The notes beneath the pieces are model-generated. The model was not told where the DNA came from. It did no database searches and saw only the letters and a list, made by a program, of their open reading frames with translations. A DNA stretch of 64,000 bases. It comes from the human T2T-CHM13v2.0 reference genome, Homo sapiens. The stretch is taken from NCBI RefSeq assembly GCF_009914755.1, contig NC_060927.1, one strand, 5' to 3'. Each line of letters opens with the position of its first letter. Position 1 is the first letter of the stretch. The translations under genes and the position numbers were made by a program. Positions 25,990 through 39,657 of the stretch are shown in pieces.

Positions 25990-26137
25990 TCTCTGTCGGG
26001 AGTATATGTGTGTATCTTCCTTACAAGACGGTAAACTCCTTGTGTGTATATACAGTTTGGTTTATCTTCACTTCCCATTCCATTTTATCTTGAATGCTGC
26101 TGGGCTTACAACAGTATTCAACAAATATTGATTGAAA
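25990..26137 (+). mobile_element. L2 3' end
   Basis: GACGGTAAACTCCTTG..TATTCAACAAATATTGATTGAA. Confidence 0.55.
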
Positions 26138-27549
26138 AGACATTCTGCAGAACCTGATTGTCCCCTCTGTTCCTTGATTGCAGAACTTGGTACAATTGGT
26201 AGAAGTATTAAGACTAAAAACTTCAAGGGTCTTGAGTGCTGTAATAATGCCTTGTGGTCATTTGATGCTTAGAAAACAGCTTGGTAACTTAGAGTCAATT
26301 TAAACCATCCACACAAGAACCTCAAGCTAATATTCAGCCTATTATGTGGGAGTCTAAATGCCCTTTCTATAGAAAAATCTGACTAGCTTCTGCATTGGAG
26401 ACTGAATGGCATGCTTCTTAGACAATAGACAACAATGGTTGTCTGTGGGGGACAGAAGAGGGTAAGGGTCTGGGAGCTGGAAAGAAACTGATGAAGCCAC
26501 AAAAGAAAGCTCTGAACTTCACATTTATTAATGCATGTCTTTGTGTCATTACTTATCAGCAATATTTGTATTTTTAAACACAGTACCAATTAAGACTGGC
26601 AGTTAGTGGACAACTGATGTAAAGCACCAGATGTGGTTCCCCTATGTCTCATTGATCTTGCTATTTGATCCCTTTTTTCCAGTGTTGCAAGTAATTTGGC
26701 AACATTATTGACAATGTAAACTGATCAAACTTCTATGACAGACATCTTGGGAAGGGAAGAAAATGATAGGGCATTGTGGTTCAAACTGATACTTTTCTAA
26801 AAAAGATAACAGTTTTTAGTGACCAGGAATGTGCAGTCTATGAAACAAGCCATTACTGCCTATGAGGCAGGGTTCGTGACAGCACTATATGTAGAAATAA
26901 AGGAGGCATCTTGTATAGATGGCTTTATTCATGAAAACATAAAAGAATGTTCTGTTAAAAATCAATGTACTTTTTAGATTTCCAGTGCTCAAAATTCTAC
27001 TATTATAGTCAATCCTTATAGTCTTTCTTACCAGAAACTAACCAACTAATCAGCAACTTGGTAGGGTTTTTGAAAACAAAATGAAGTCCTTTGTTACTTG
27101 GGAAAGAACAGAAAGGAGGAGGTATGAGAAAGGGGTTATAGATGTTAGAAGATGGTGAAAGATGGGGTGATTTCAGTTTAGGGTCAACAGCCTCCAGTCA
27201 GTGAATGGGAGATGAAGGTGGGAAGTCAAGTCTGTTAATTCAGCCATCACCAAAACTGACTGATGGATCCTGCCTATTGTCCGCTGGCTTCATGTGCGTT
27301 TTCATCCTTTACTTCTAAGAAGACTGTAAAATATTTTCCATATTGCTCTTCTCCAGTATTCTACACTTCTGCTTCCTCTACTTCAGCTTCAGCTATTCTT
27401 TTAATGTTCAGTCTCATCATGCCAATCTTCCTTCTGCTTTACAATCTTTCATGGGACCTCATTTTACCCTAAAATTAACTCTCCATTCTTTAAACTGGCC
27501 TGTCCTCTCCCCGAAGCCTCATCCTTCCAGTGTTCTCTCCACTACCCGC

Positions 27550-27845
27550 TGTATATAAAAGAATGCCATGTTCTTCCAAAGTTCTCTGTCTTGGCTAATG
27601 CTCCTCTCTCCATTAGAAATTTTCTTCCTTGCCTTTTCTGCTAGGTGGCCTCCCAGGCATCCTTCAAGGCTCAGGTTAAAGTCGACCTTTCAATAATGCT
27701 TTGTTGGACTCACCTAGCCAGAATTAATCACTCCTGACCCTGTGACTCGGTAGAACCTAGTGTATACTCTATGACTCTCTCATTGAATGAATGATGATTG
27801 CCTGGCTCTTCATTAATATTAGCTTGTGAGGGCAGTGACTGTGTG
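27550..27845 (+). mobile_element. L2 fragment
   Basis: CATCCTTCAAGGCTCAGGTTAAA..AGAATTAATCACTCC..GCTTGTGAGGGCAG. Confidence 0.55.
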
Positions 27846-27847
27846 TT

Positions 27848-28226
27848 GTGGGGGCAATGTTATGTTTTTCAGGAGGTCGTTTTATTTCTCTTCTGGGCAC
27901 AAAGAAAGGCTATATTTCCCAATTGCAATATGTCTAGTTGTGGCTTTGAAGCAAACTTTGGCAAAAGTGATATATACCACTTCCAACTGGCTGCTAACAG
28001 ATAATGCATAATCTCTATTGTTTTTCTCTTGCCAACCACTCAGCCTTTTTGAGGATTTCAATAAACAATTGGATAGAAAGATCTTGAGTCTGAGTCACCG
28101 CCTGTAGGAAAGCTACTCTGCTAGCACATCAGCACAAGATTTCTCAAGAGAAAAATGAACTGTCACTGTCTTAGACACTAGAGTTGGGGATATTATTATA
28201 GCAATTAGCCTTACTTACTCTAATAT
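27848..28226 (+). mobile_element. MLT1 (MaLR) LTR, I/J-like
   Basis: CTTCTGGGCAC..TATATTTCCCA..ACCACTTCCA..GACACTAGAGTTGGGGATATT..TAGCAATTAGC. Confidence 0.6.
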
Positions 28227-29034
28227 GGTATCTCATTTCCCTTTATGATGCTTTTTTTCTCATTGTGATTTCCAGTCAACCACTCCTCCTTGTCTACCTA
28301 TGTCAGTTCTGACTTTACTTTTCTCCCATCTAGCATGGATCCTTTGGTCAATCATTTAATGACATTATTGCCATCACCCTAGAATCTTTTTCTGATGTTT
28401 TATTTTATTAGCACAAGTTGTTTTTATAACAATAATAGCAGTAGTCATTGTTGCAGCCCATTAGGAGCACGTAATACTTTGCAGATTATGTATCTTGGCA
28501 TTTATTGTCTAAGTTTGATTTTGGCCTCTCATGGTTTCCATCTTACCTCAAAGTGCTTCCTGCCTGCTATCTCCACTCCTGAATCCAAGCTGATACCACT
28601 AGAGAAGTCACAGAGATCTGACTTTCGGCTTCAATACAAATTAAGGGTATTTCTTCATTGCCATTGAGCAAACATCTTAGTCATCTCTTGTACTCCTTGT
28701 TTAAATCTTCACGACTTTTTAAATCAAACTTTTTCTACTCCCCTTAGAACTCCACCCATTTCCAATGTTAAACCCTCCCCTGTGTACCTGATATGAGAAA
28801 CGCAGAATACAGGATTACTAAACTGTTGTGTACAGTAGCCATCAATTGTACCAAGCTTGTATGAGGCAGGCACATAGCAGTCAAATAAGCAAAAGGCCAG
28901 CTATATGGATTTTTTTGTGATCATTCTTCCCAAAGAATTTTCTTCATATTTCTAGTCCAACAAACTATTCTGGATGAAAAACATTTTCTGGAGTCAAATA
29001 AGTGTGGAAACTACTTCACATAATATCCTCATTA

Positions 29035-29170
29035 TTAATCTGCTCCCTTAACTGCAAACATCTTATGACCATTGGTTGTGGCCAGCAAAGAATGTGTTTT
29101 GCTAGTTTAAAGATGAGGTCATTTTTAAAATGGTGTCACCCTGGCTTTCCTAGGCTCCTGCTTCCCTAGG
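29035..29170 (-). mobile_element. ERV1-class LTR 5' fragment (MER41-like)
   Basis: Reverse complement GGAAGCAGGAGCCTAGGAAAGCCAGGGTGACACCATTTTAAAA, a recalled LTR start. Confidence 0.45.
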
Positions 29171-29179
29171 AGAATGAAA

Positions 29180-29410
29180 ATGTTAACTCCATGCCTCTCC
29201 AGCACTCCATTTTGGAAGCATATAACTTGTTTCCTAGTCCATAGATCCATAGATGTACAGGAATTTTACCCAAAGATGGGTCATATCCAGAGTCTCACCT
29301 ATACCTCACTTAGATGGCATTTGGGACCATTTGAGTTGATGACATATGAGATTTTGCCCTTGGGTTGATGCTGGAATGGGTTAAGCCTTTTAGGACTGTT
29401 GGATGAAGCG
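29180..29410 (+). mobile_element. MaLR (MLT1-int) internal fragment
   Basis: ATTTTGGAAGCATATAACTTGTTT..GAGTCTCACCTATACCT..GTTGATGCTGGAATGGGTTAAG. Confidence 0.6.
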
Positions 29411-30760
29411 AATTCCTAGTCTTTCTGCAAATGGCTTTGTATCACCAAGAATTCCTTCAATAAAGGAAGCTATGTCACTTTACCATCTCAGCACTTCCCG
29501 AAAGTTTTGTTTACAAAACTTTTATATAATATACTTGTGAAGATTTAATGGAAGAATTCAGTCTAATTCTGCTTTCATCTGTGTAAAGTTATCTTTCTCT
29601 GGAGATAGGCAAACAATATTTTCTCCTTTGCTGATGTCAGACCAGGGCTAAGATACACAGGAAGATTGCAGGTACAGTAACTTACCCCAGGGGGAGGAAA
29701 AGGGTATTTACCAAACTTGTATGCCTCTTTTTCATTTAATAGTGATCCCAAGAAAAATGTTAGTATTCTTTCTTTTACACATAAGGAACCATATATAGGT
29801 AGTAAGAATACGATTCAGGATTCCAAAATCCATGATCTTTTCATGTCTTGACTCAGCTGGCATTGAGCTGGGAGTACAGAGATGGGTGCATGTCACTATG
29901 AGAGTGTTTAGACTCCTTCTAGCTTAATGGTGGATGGTTCTTAATTTCATTATGTAAGAATTGACAGTCTCCAGAACCATAAATGTCACCTTAATAATAA
30001 CTATTGGAGCCTATTAAGTCTAGAAATTTACTTTTTCATAGTTACCACAAGAATGGGATGCAGAAGAATATGACTGTTACTCAATGGCAATATGAAAATC
30101 AATAACCCATTACCTCTGTCAGGCATATCCCCAGACTGCGCCACCTTTGTGAAGGAAAGACTGATGAGTTACCACTTGAGTATGAGTCAGAACCTACATA
30201 GATTTACTGAAAGTATAACAAGTTAGATATGCCCATGGATGCTGGGCCAGGTGGCAAATGATGATAAGTTCTGGATCTTTTTGCCTTCAAGGATATCTTT
30301 TATTCTTCTCACATGGGCTCTTACTTTGCTACCAAACTGTTAGTTAAGTACTAATTATGTTCCCCACTTGTATTTATCAGTAGCGTGTAGAACTGCCAAT
30401 CAGAACTTGGGGTCAGCATCTGCCTAGTCGGTATAATTGCATCAATTTGATACAACTCTAATCAAAACGAAAGAAACTTTTGATACTTCAGATGGCTTTT
30501 GCCTCCTTATTACAGGTAAATACATAGCTCCTTTAAACATGTATAAAATAGTTTGGGGTTATAGTGAGAGTGGATTGAAGGATATTTTTAAAAACATTTT
30601 CTTCATATATTTTGCATAGTCTCACTGGTGTGATTATCTTACATTATTTGTGTAATCAGAAGAATTAATAAAGTAGAAAATAATTTTAAAACACAATTGC
30701 CTGAGAACCTGTATTACTGCTTTCATGGTCTTATCAAGTTCTAAAAGGTAGGAAACTAAC

Positions 30761-30966
30761 CTAGACATCTTTGTAAGAACACTTCTGTCTCAAAAAATTC
30801 AAGAAAAATCTTATGGCCTTCTGTTTTGTTTTGTTTACAGGGAGAAATAATTGCTCTCTTTCCAGTATGATTTCCATTAGCTGTAGTAACAATTCTGCAG
30901 GGCTTTTTAATACTCCTGGTAATGAGGCATCCTTGGGTCCCTGCATTCGGTTCATTCAATATCTTG
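30761..30966 (-). other. Candidate minus-strand exon (206 nt)
   Basis: Long U-rich tract and ttgccttcccag| acceptor, donor TAG|gttagt, unique sequence. Confidence 0.28.
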
Positions 30967-31825
30967 CTGGGAAGGCAAAGTCGTAAAAAAATTAAAAAAA
31001 AAAAAGAAAAACCTCTTCATTCTCACATCACAAATCACAGCCAGAAGCAAAAAAGGAAAAAATAAAAACCCTAAATACTCCATATCCTGCTACCTAAGCA
31101 TTTAAGTAATTAGTTTCCTGAAGTTTGGCCACCAGACTAGTAAGCAGCTACAAAGGTCTTAGTGTTTACTTTACAGTATATCCCCAAACTCAAGGCACAC
31201 AGCTTATAGGCTGACCAATAATTGAGTCTCTTTTGTTTATTTGTTTGCTTCTATTGGAGGAGGAGGTACTAGGGAAAAAGAAAATAGAGAAAATAACTTT
31301 ACCATTATTCTTTCGCTAAGTCCTCCTTAATGTTCTCCAAAATGAAAGGCAAAGTGGCTGGAAGTGGGTGTCTTTACACCAGCCCTATCCTTGCAAAATT
31401 CCCACGTAAGATGCTACTTTTCATTGCTTCTTTTAATGATCATATTATTTTTATTTTATTAGTTTGACTTCTTTCTTTCACTAATGCATGAGTTAACATA
31501 TGACTCACATTTTATAGTTATTTCTTTTCATCTTTGGAAAAGCAGAGATGCTTTTGAAAAATTCCATCTATATACGTATTTAGACCACTTTGCATTGAAG
31601 GACATATTTTATTGCCTGTTACAGAAAGCACTAATAAATGGATAGCACTTTTGCATTTCCTACAAGTCTAGAGGACAGTGAATGGAGGAATTTTGTTCTC
31701 TGCTTAAATTATTCACAGGGAGAAAGTAAGGTGCCTGGGGTGGTGCATTTGGGCATTTGGGTCACAATATGTTTTGGTAAGAGCAGTATGATACAACAAA
31801 CCATTCCCTAAAGATATGGTATTGA

Positions 31826-31974
31826 GGCCAGGGACAGTGGCTCATGTCTGTAATCCCAGCACTTTGGGAGGCTGAGGCAAGAAGATCACTTGAGGCCAAG
31901 AGTTCAAGACCAGCCTGGGTGACATGGTGAGACCCTGTCTCTAAAATAAATTTAAAAAATAATAAAACAATTTA
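31826..31974 (+). mobile_element. FLAM / AluJ left monomer
   Basis: Single Alu monomer with A-rich tail. TSD AAAGATATG[G/A]TATT[G/A]A at 31810-31825 and 31975-31990. Confidence 0.88.
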
Positions 31975-32189
31975 AAAGATATGATATTAAGAACAACTGA
32001 AAACCTCCATACATTCAGCATAGAAAAGTTGGAAAGAAATTTAATCTGAACTTTTTAAAGCACATATTTTGTTTCAAATATTATGCTAAATGCTAAGAAT
32101 AAACAGAAAAATACACATCCACATAAATTCACAGTTTAGCAGCTTATTAAGAAAGACTTACATACAAATAAATGTATCCTTAAAGAAAT

Positions 32190-35100
32190 AGAAATTTCAG
32201 TTACATATAAGGTAAAGTAACACTCCTCTCTCTGCCCCTCTCACTGAAGGTAACTGAGAATACTGGACAATATGCATGCAACATTAATCTGAAGACTCCA
32301 GAAAACAAATGCTAGCAGGTAGTGTGATGAACTGCAAGTATCACTGAACTGGCAGTATCTTTAAATCCTCAAACCCAGAAGTACACACTAGGTGCAGACA
32401 GAAAGAGCTCTTAGAGAGGCCCTCTCTTTCTGGTTGAAGGAGCAGGAAATTGGGCCCCTAAAGAACAAAGAGAGTGTCAAAATTCCCTTGAATTTTGTAG
32501 TTTTGTTGCTTATTTTGTTTATTTGTTTGTTTGTTTGTTTGTTTGTTTTTCCATCCTCTCCTTTCTCAGCCCCAAGGCAAACCCATTGTAGCAGCAGTGG
32601 CAGTAATAGCAGAGCCAATGGCGGATGTGGTGGCAACACTAGTAGAACAGATGCCCAAAACTCTGAGCCAAGAGCACAGGAGAAATCCTCATTGCCTTTC
32701 TTTCCCCTTTCTGAATTCTTTCACCATTTGAACTGGCTGGCAGAACTAATAACAAAATATAAACAGCAGAGTAGACAATTCAAAGCCTCAGTTTTCTCAG
32801 CAGAAGATGAGAAAGGAAAATCTTTGAAGCTGGAAAGTTCCAGGAAAAGTATTCAGCTGAGGAAGCTGCGGAAATCCATCCCAAAACATTATTTATAAAC
32901 TCCTGGGCTTACCCTCAACCTTCACACGCATATATTTGAACATAAACAATACAGCAAAAGCTTTGAGAAATCATCTATAAAGTAGACCACTGTGCAGGTC
33001 TAATACTGGTTACTGGGTGGCACAGAAGCAGGAGGATTCAAATAGCACTTCAAAGTCTCTGAAAACTAAATTGACATTTGAGCCAGCTGGAACTTGTGGT
33101 CTAAATTCATCTTAATCAATTGCTTCCTTTAAAAAGTTAACATCAATATTTTCCATGACTTAAAACCAAGTGCCTCACGACATAATATTCAATATGTCCA
33201 GGAATTACAGTCTGAAATTACTCAATATATGAAGTCCCTGGAAAATTTCAATGATTTGCAAGGGAAAGGACATTCAACAGATGCTAACCTGAGATAACAC
33301 AAATGCTGGAATGATCAAAGAAGCTGTTTTAACCATGCTCCAAAAAGTGAGCGTGATCACTGTTAAAATAAATGGAAAGATTAAAAGCTGCATGAGGGGA
33401 AATAGAACATATTAGAACAATCCAAATGGAAATTTTAGAACCAAAAAAAATACAATAACCAAAATAAAAAAATACACTGGATGTACTCAATAGCAGGATG
33501 CAGACAAGGGAAAAAAAGGTCATTAAATTTGAAGGCAGATTAATAAAAAATTATTCAATCTAAAAACAGTAAATACAAAATTTTAAAAAATGAACAGAGA
33601 CTTTAGGACCTCCGACAGTACCAAAAGATCTAATAACGATATCATCAAGGTTTCAGAAGGAGAGAAGAAAGACTATGATGCGCATTAAAGTTTTGAAGAA
33701 ATAATGGTTAAAATTTTTCCAATGTTGGAAAAATATATAAATTCAACAAGATTTAAGCTCATTGAATCCCATTAGGATAAATTCAAATAAATATGTCTGC
33801 CTAGATACATGAAAATAAAGTTGCTGAAAAATAAACACAAATACAATAACCTGAAAGCAGCCAGAGGTAAAAACAACACAAAACAGTTGGAAGGCCAGTG
33901 ATTTGAATTGGAGTAGATTTCTCATCAGAAATAATGGTAGACATAATTCAATAAAACGTTTTTAAATGCTGAAATAAAAGAGCTGTCAACCAGAATTCTA
34001 TGTCCATGAACATGCCCATGAGAAATAAAATGAAAAGTAAGATATTCTCAGAAGAAAAAAAAATCTATGAAGATCTATTACCAGCAGACTTGGTCTGCAA
34101 GAAGTTCTTCAGGTAAAAGAGAAATAATACCAGAGGGAAACTTGGAACTTTCTGAATAAAGAGCAACAGAAATGATAAATGACTGGGTAAATAAGATACA
34201 ATATTTTTCTCTTAAGTTCTTTAAAATGATAATTGAAAGCAAATAAAATGACATCAACTGGTGAGGTTTGCAACGTATGTTGATGTATTCTAGATGACAA
34301 TTGCAACATAAAATGGGGAAGCTGAAAAGAGCTATGTGGTGGTTACATTTCTATATCTTCCACTTGAAGTAGTAAAATATTAATTCCAAGTATACTGTGA
34401 AAATATGTGTGAATATGTATTTAATTCACATGTGCCTATCTGTATCTATATTTATATCTATGTCTCAGTCCTTAGAGAAACCACCAGAAAATATTTACAA
34501 AGACATGTGGTCAAAATGCAAGAGCTAGATTTAAATGGAATACTAAAAAATAGGTAGTACCAAAATAGAAAGCAAAGGGAAAACAGAGGAGTGAAAAACA
34601 GAGAAAAAACAAGAAACAATTAATAAGTTGGTAGATCAAGTCCAACAGATGTTAAGGGAAAAATTAGAGAAACTTTTTAGAAAGAAATTCGTAGGCCCAA
34701 ATTCAACAATATCAATAATTACGTTAAATATAAGTGGACTAAAAATACCAATTTAAAGACAGATTGTCAGAATGGATTTTAAAATGCAGAAGATAAATGC
34801 TATCTATGAGAAACCTACTTAAAATATAATGATGTTTATAGGTTAAAAGTAAAAATATGGAAAAATATACCATGTAAACACTAATCAAAAGAAAACTTCA
34901 GTGGCTATATTAATATTTGACAAAAAAGACCATAGAATAAAGAATTAACAGGTTCAAAAAGGACATTCTGTAATGATTAAAAGATCAATTCACCAAGAAA
35001 ACATAACAATCTTAAATGTATACGCACCTAACATCAGAACCTCGAAATACATGTAGCAAAAACTGATAAAAGTGAAAGTACAAATAGGCAAATCCACAAA

Positions 35101-35285
35101 TATAGTTGGAGGCTTCACCACATCCTTCTCTGTAATCAATGGAACGAGTCAACAGAAAACCAGAAAAGACAGAGAACAATTGAACACTTACGGAACACTC
35201 CACCCCAAAACAGCAAAACAGACATTCTTTTCAAGTGCACCTGAAACATTTACCAAGATAAACCATATTCTAGGCCATATAAATC
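32190..35285 (+). mobile_element. Old L1M 5' portion: 5'UTR, ORF1 and ORF2 endonuclease remnant
   Basis: ORF1 motifs (AGTAGATTTCTCATCAGAAA, CTGTCAACCAGAATTCTAT). The ORF at 35072-35332 gives STNIVGGFTTSFS..TFTKINHILGH, matching the L1 EN motifs IVGDFNTPLS and TFSKIDHILGH. (TTTG)n at about 32515-32550. Confidence 0.85.
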
Positions 35286-35519
35286 AAAGACATAAGGGTT
35301 TTGTTTGTCCCTGCTTAATCGACAGTACATAGAACAGCGTCTGGAATGTAATAGGTTTCAGTAAGTATTTGATGAATCAATGAGTTAAGACAAATTAATT
35401 TTTAAAATGAAAATAAAGCATTAAATGTTAAAATATTAAAAGTTTGTATAAGCATAAAAATGGCACAACAAATAAAATGACTGTCAGGATTAGGGTAAAG
35501 AGGAGGTAATATATTAGTT

Positions 35520-36240
35520 GTTTTTTCCTTTTATTGGAGAAGTAACAAATGTTAATTGTAAAAATATGGAAAATAAATAAAAATAAAGATGAATATTATA
35601 ATTATCTGTAAACTACATATGCCTTTCAGGTCTTTTGTTTTGCATGTAACTATAAAATATATGTTTTATTTTATTACAACATCAAGATTAGTCTGTAAGT
35701 ACAGATTTTTATATTTTACTTTTTTCACATTATAATGTGAACATATTCCTGTATCATTACTCTAAAATTATTATTTGTAATTAATAACATAAAACTTTTT
35801 AAATATTTTGTGTATTTAATCATTTTCCTATCAATAAGGATTTGTGATGTTTTCTAACTTTTGCTCATAAGTAGTGCTGTGATAAACATTGTTCATAAAT
35901 TATAATATGCATCTTTGTTTATTTTTCTATTATGATTTTTTTAGTAATATAGTTTTTGGATCAAAGGACATAGTTAATCTTTGGACACTTGATATGCATT
36001 GTCAAATTGTCCTCCAGAAAGCACTTAATTATCTCTAGTAGCGTATGAGAGTGCTTGAGTATTACTATTTTTCAAAATTGTCATCTATATGAAAACTAAA
36101 AATGGATATCCAAGGTTTTATTTGGAGTTTTAAAGTTATGCATAATGTTAACTTTTTCAAATATTTTTCAACAGTTTGAACCTTTTTTATAGATTGTTAT
36201 TTACATTTACCTGTTTACTGATTGATTTTCTTACTTATTT
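35520..36240 (-). mobile_element. L1ME-type 3' fragment, antisense
   Basis: GTGCTGTGATAAACATT..GGATCAAAGG..TGTCAAATTGTCCTCCAGAAAG..AGCGTATGAGAGTGC. Confidence 0.65.
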
Positions 36241-36913
36241 TTACAAGGATATACTCTAAACCAATAATAACAGAATGCCAAGACTCAACTTTTCTCCAGT
36301 GCATATTGTTTAAACCAGCTCAATATTTCCTCACCACCTACAGCTCTTTCTCTGTAGGATGTACACTTCCAAAGATATCATCAGCCATCATCAACCTCTA
36401 TCTCCACCTCTATAGTCCTTGCACTCCCCACTATGCCCCTATACTATGCACTTAAACATCATACCCAGTTTTGTTGCTTTCTCAAAGTTTCTGTCTTTAA
36501 ATTCAGTGCAGAAAGATGCTTGGAAAGTAGCGTGTGTGGGTGTTTGTGTGCATGCACACCCATGTATGACATAGGAAGCTCTGTTTGCTTCATAACATAG
36601 AACCCATACCTTTTTATACAATGGTGATACTACATTATGTTTATTCAGCACTTTTATTCAGGAAGAGTCTCCCTCGTGAGGAGGTAACCTGAGTATGCAG
36701 ATGAAAAACATCCTAGAAGGATATCACCTCAGTTTTTAGTGTTTTGTGTTTACCTTTTTCTGTGCATGTTATGTAAGGAAAGTTTCGTATGAAAAAATAA
36801 TGATGCTTTATCTAGGGATGCTACAGATTTTATATTAGAATTCTATGAGTTGGATTTATGTAAGTTGGGTTTTTTTTTTTTTTCTTACTTTTTTGGTGTG
36901 GAGGGGAGAATAC

Positions 36914-36953
<40 letters not shown>

Positions 36954-37035
36954 TTCCTTCTTTCTTTTCTTTCTCTCTCTCTCTTCTTTCCCCCTCCCTG
37001 CCTTCTTCCCTTTCATTCTTTCTGTCTCTTTCTTT
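36914..37035. repeat. (CT)n / CT-rich microsatellite
   Basis: Directly visible. Confidence 0.9.
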
Positions 37036-38749
37036 TTACAGTTGAGTTTTGAAGCATAAATAAGAGTGTTTCACATTAACACAGAGAAAATCAGTTCAAA
37101 CAGTGACATCCACATTTTCAAAGACATAGAGGCATAATGTCTGATGAATTTGGGAAAATACAATCAGTTTATTATAACTGGAATGTAAAGTGCAAGGTGG
37201 GCACCTCCTTGAACAGTGCTGAATGGGAACAGTTCATCTCGGAACTCTACATCTGCGCTATTATTATGTTATCAAATTGGGCACACACTTTGGACATTTT
37301 TCTTATCTGGGTGCTCTTTCAAGTGGAGTCCTGTAGCCTTTGGTGTATGAGCCCTGCTCTATGAAGTGGCTAGGGCACCTCCCCTCACACACTGAGTTAC
37401 AAATGCTGTCTCCAAGACATCCATTACATGCTCATCCATATGGTTCCAGCTGTTTGTTCCACATCAACTTTTCCTTTGTATCTCCAACTTCTTTCCCATC
37501 TCCTTTGTAATTTATTATTCAATTTTGATCTATCTCATAGTTTCCCACTAGCCCCCTTTTTTGTATAACCTGCCTCATTTATATTTTGTAGTGCCTATAT
37601 AATATTCTACTGAATGAATGTTTCATGGTTTATCTGACTATTGCCTATGGGCGGACTTCTGATAAAAAAGACAACATCCTCTCTGTCCTATCCTCAGTGC
37701 CAGCTCATGAGTTATTCTCCACCAGGCAGCCCGGTGGAATCATTACCCTGGACTGTAAACACTCCAAGCCCAGTTGCAGACCAGGACAGAGCCTGCCTCC
37801 CAAATCACTTCAGTCTTCCTTTTGCCTCTTTTCCTACTGACACTGCCAGACCGGTCACTGAATTGTTGTTCCTGTATCCGTCTTCCACCAATCCTCTTGC
37901 CTAATCTATACTACAGAGTTCTCTTCCTAAAACCCAGCTATTATGATGCCATCTTTTAATCCTTGCACCCCACGAAGTTCTCCTTAATACTAGAACACAA
38001 AATAAACACAGACAAAGGAATTTGAGGCTCTCCACTATCTTTCTAGCCTTTCTAGCCTTGTTTTCTATGATATGTACTACAAACCCTTCAGTCCACTTAC
38101 TACTTTATGATGCCTCTAATACTTCAGGCACTTTTATGTCTCAATGCTTTTGCTCAAGCTGTTCTGTGTACCTGAAGGACTTTACCTGGCCCCTTACCTT
38201 TAGCTGTCAAAATCTTATTTCTTAGTCAAAGTCTAGCTCAAATGATGTTTTCATGAAACCTTCCCAGGATGTATTCCTTCTCTCTACTGAAGTTCACATG
38301 CACACAGGCATTTTTTGATATCAGATTTTCAGAATTTATAAATGATAATACGTACTGAAAATCTGCTTTATAGGAGGAAAGCTGTTGTGTCTTGAATACT
38401 ACTCTATTTTATTGGCTAACAAACTCATTTCATAAGGTGTTGGCAGAACACAGAGATGAATGAAACAATTTCATTCTTTTAACTGGGAAACCGGACAGGT
38501 GCATTGCACAGTCTCAGAATTGTGGTAAATATCTCAAACATGTTAGATGTCTAAGGAAGCACACAGAAAAGTGTCTCTGGCTATCTGGAGAGGAGAGGGA
38601 CATCTGGTCAAGGAAAGGAAAGTTCCACAGCATGGACAATGCCTGGGTCATCCTGCAGGATGGCATGGCAAAAGAAAGAGGATGTATGTGTTAGAGCCCC
38701 TGTATTTCATTACAAATACAAATAGCGGAGAAAAAAAAGACTTTCATTA

Positions 38750-39455
38750 TGTTGACCAAAAAATTCACAAAGTCAGTAATTTTAGGAAGGAGAGCTTTGT
38801 TTCTAAAGGAGGACTATATCCGGCAGGCATGAAGTGAAACCTCCTGCAAATCAGAAATCTGTGCTTCAAGGAGGAGGAATTAGAGGTAGGAATGTATGCT
38901 AAACAGGATGGCAGAGTATACATATTCATCAGTATATAGGAGGAGTTTATTAATATTCATGAAGGAGACGTGCATGCACATTAGGTTTACATGTATGAAA
39001 CATATAACCCATGTTCACTTTGGGGTGGAGACTTAACATTTAAATACATTATAATTAGCTCTTATATGTACAAAGGTAAAGCATGATGCATAGGGCTGCT
39101 TTCTGAGCATCTTAAGAAAACCAAAATCAGTCTTCAGCCAGCTGTCAGCTATCAAGGAGAAGTTTGTACACTGGGATAGAAGTCATGTCAGAGCCAAAAA
39201 ATAGGAGAAGGGCACTGGGTGGTTGGATGAAGTAAGTGAGGGGTTCTTCCAGTCTTTTGTTCTCCCCAGCTTGCTTTTGAGAAAATCTATTAATGATTAG
39301 TAATGGAAAGTGAGGGGTGGGTCATGGCAGCAAAGAGAACATGACCAGCCTCTCATCTTGTTATGTCAAGATCTTAAAATTTGTAGGGTCTATTTTAACC
39401 AAAGGAGCATCCATTAGTCTGTTGGAGAGGCTTAGGGCTTTCATTTCAGTCCTCA
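38750..39455 (-). mobile_element. ERV1 (MER4-group) solo LTR
   Basis: TG...CA termini with 4-bp TSD ATTA (38746-38749 and 39456-39459). Motif CATGTTCACTTTGGGGTGGAGACTTAACATTTAAAT. Confidence 0.75.
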
Positions 39456-39657
39456 ATTATGAGTAACAGAATTTTCAAAGGCAAGGGTGAACTATGTCTC
39501 AGAAGTAAACTGGAACCAAGGCGCTGAAGGCCACAAGGAATTACTTCACATTGACTTCACCTTCTCTGTCACTGCAGACTTATTGTGTCTGCTTTCTGGG
39601 ACACAGTAAAACATGGTCTCCTAGAGCTCCCAGGCTGACACTTCCCTGGTCAAGGGT

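Noticed and set aside
32392-32898. 168-aa ORF with an apparent transmembrane stretch
   Set aside because: It lies in an L1M 5' region with a non-ATG start, and the hydrophobic run is the translation of a (TTTG)n microsatellite.
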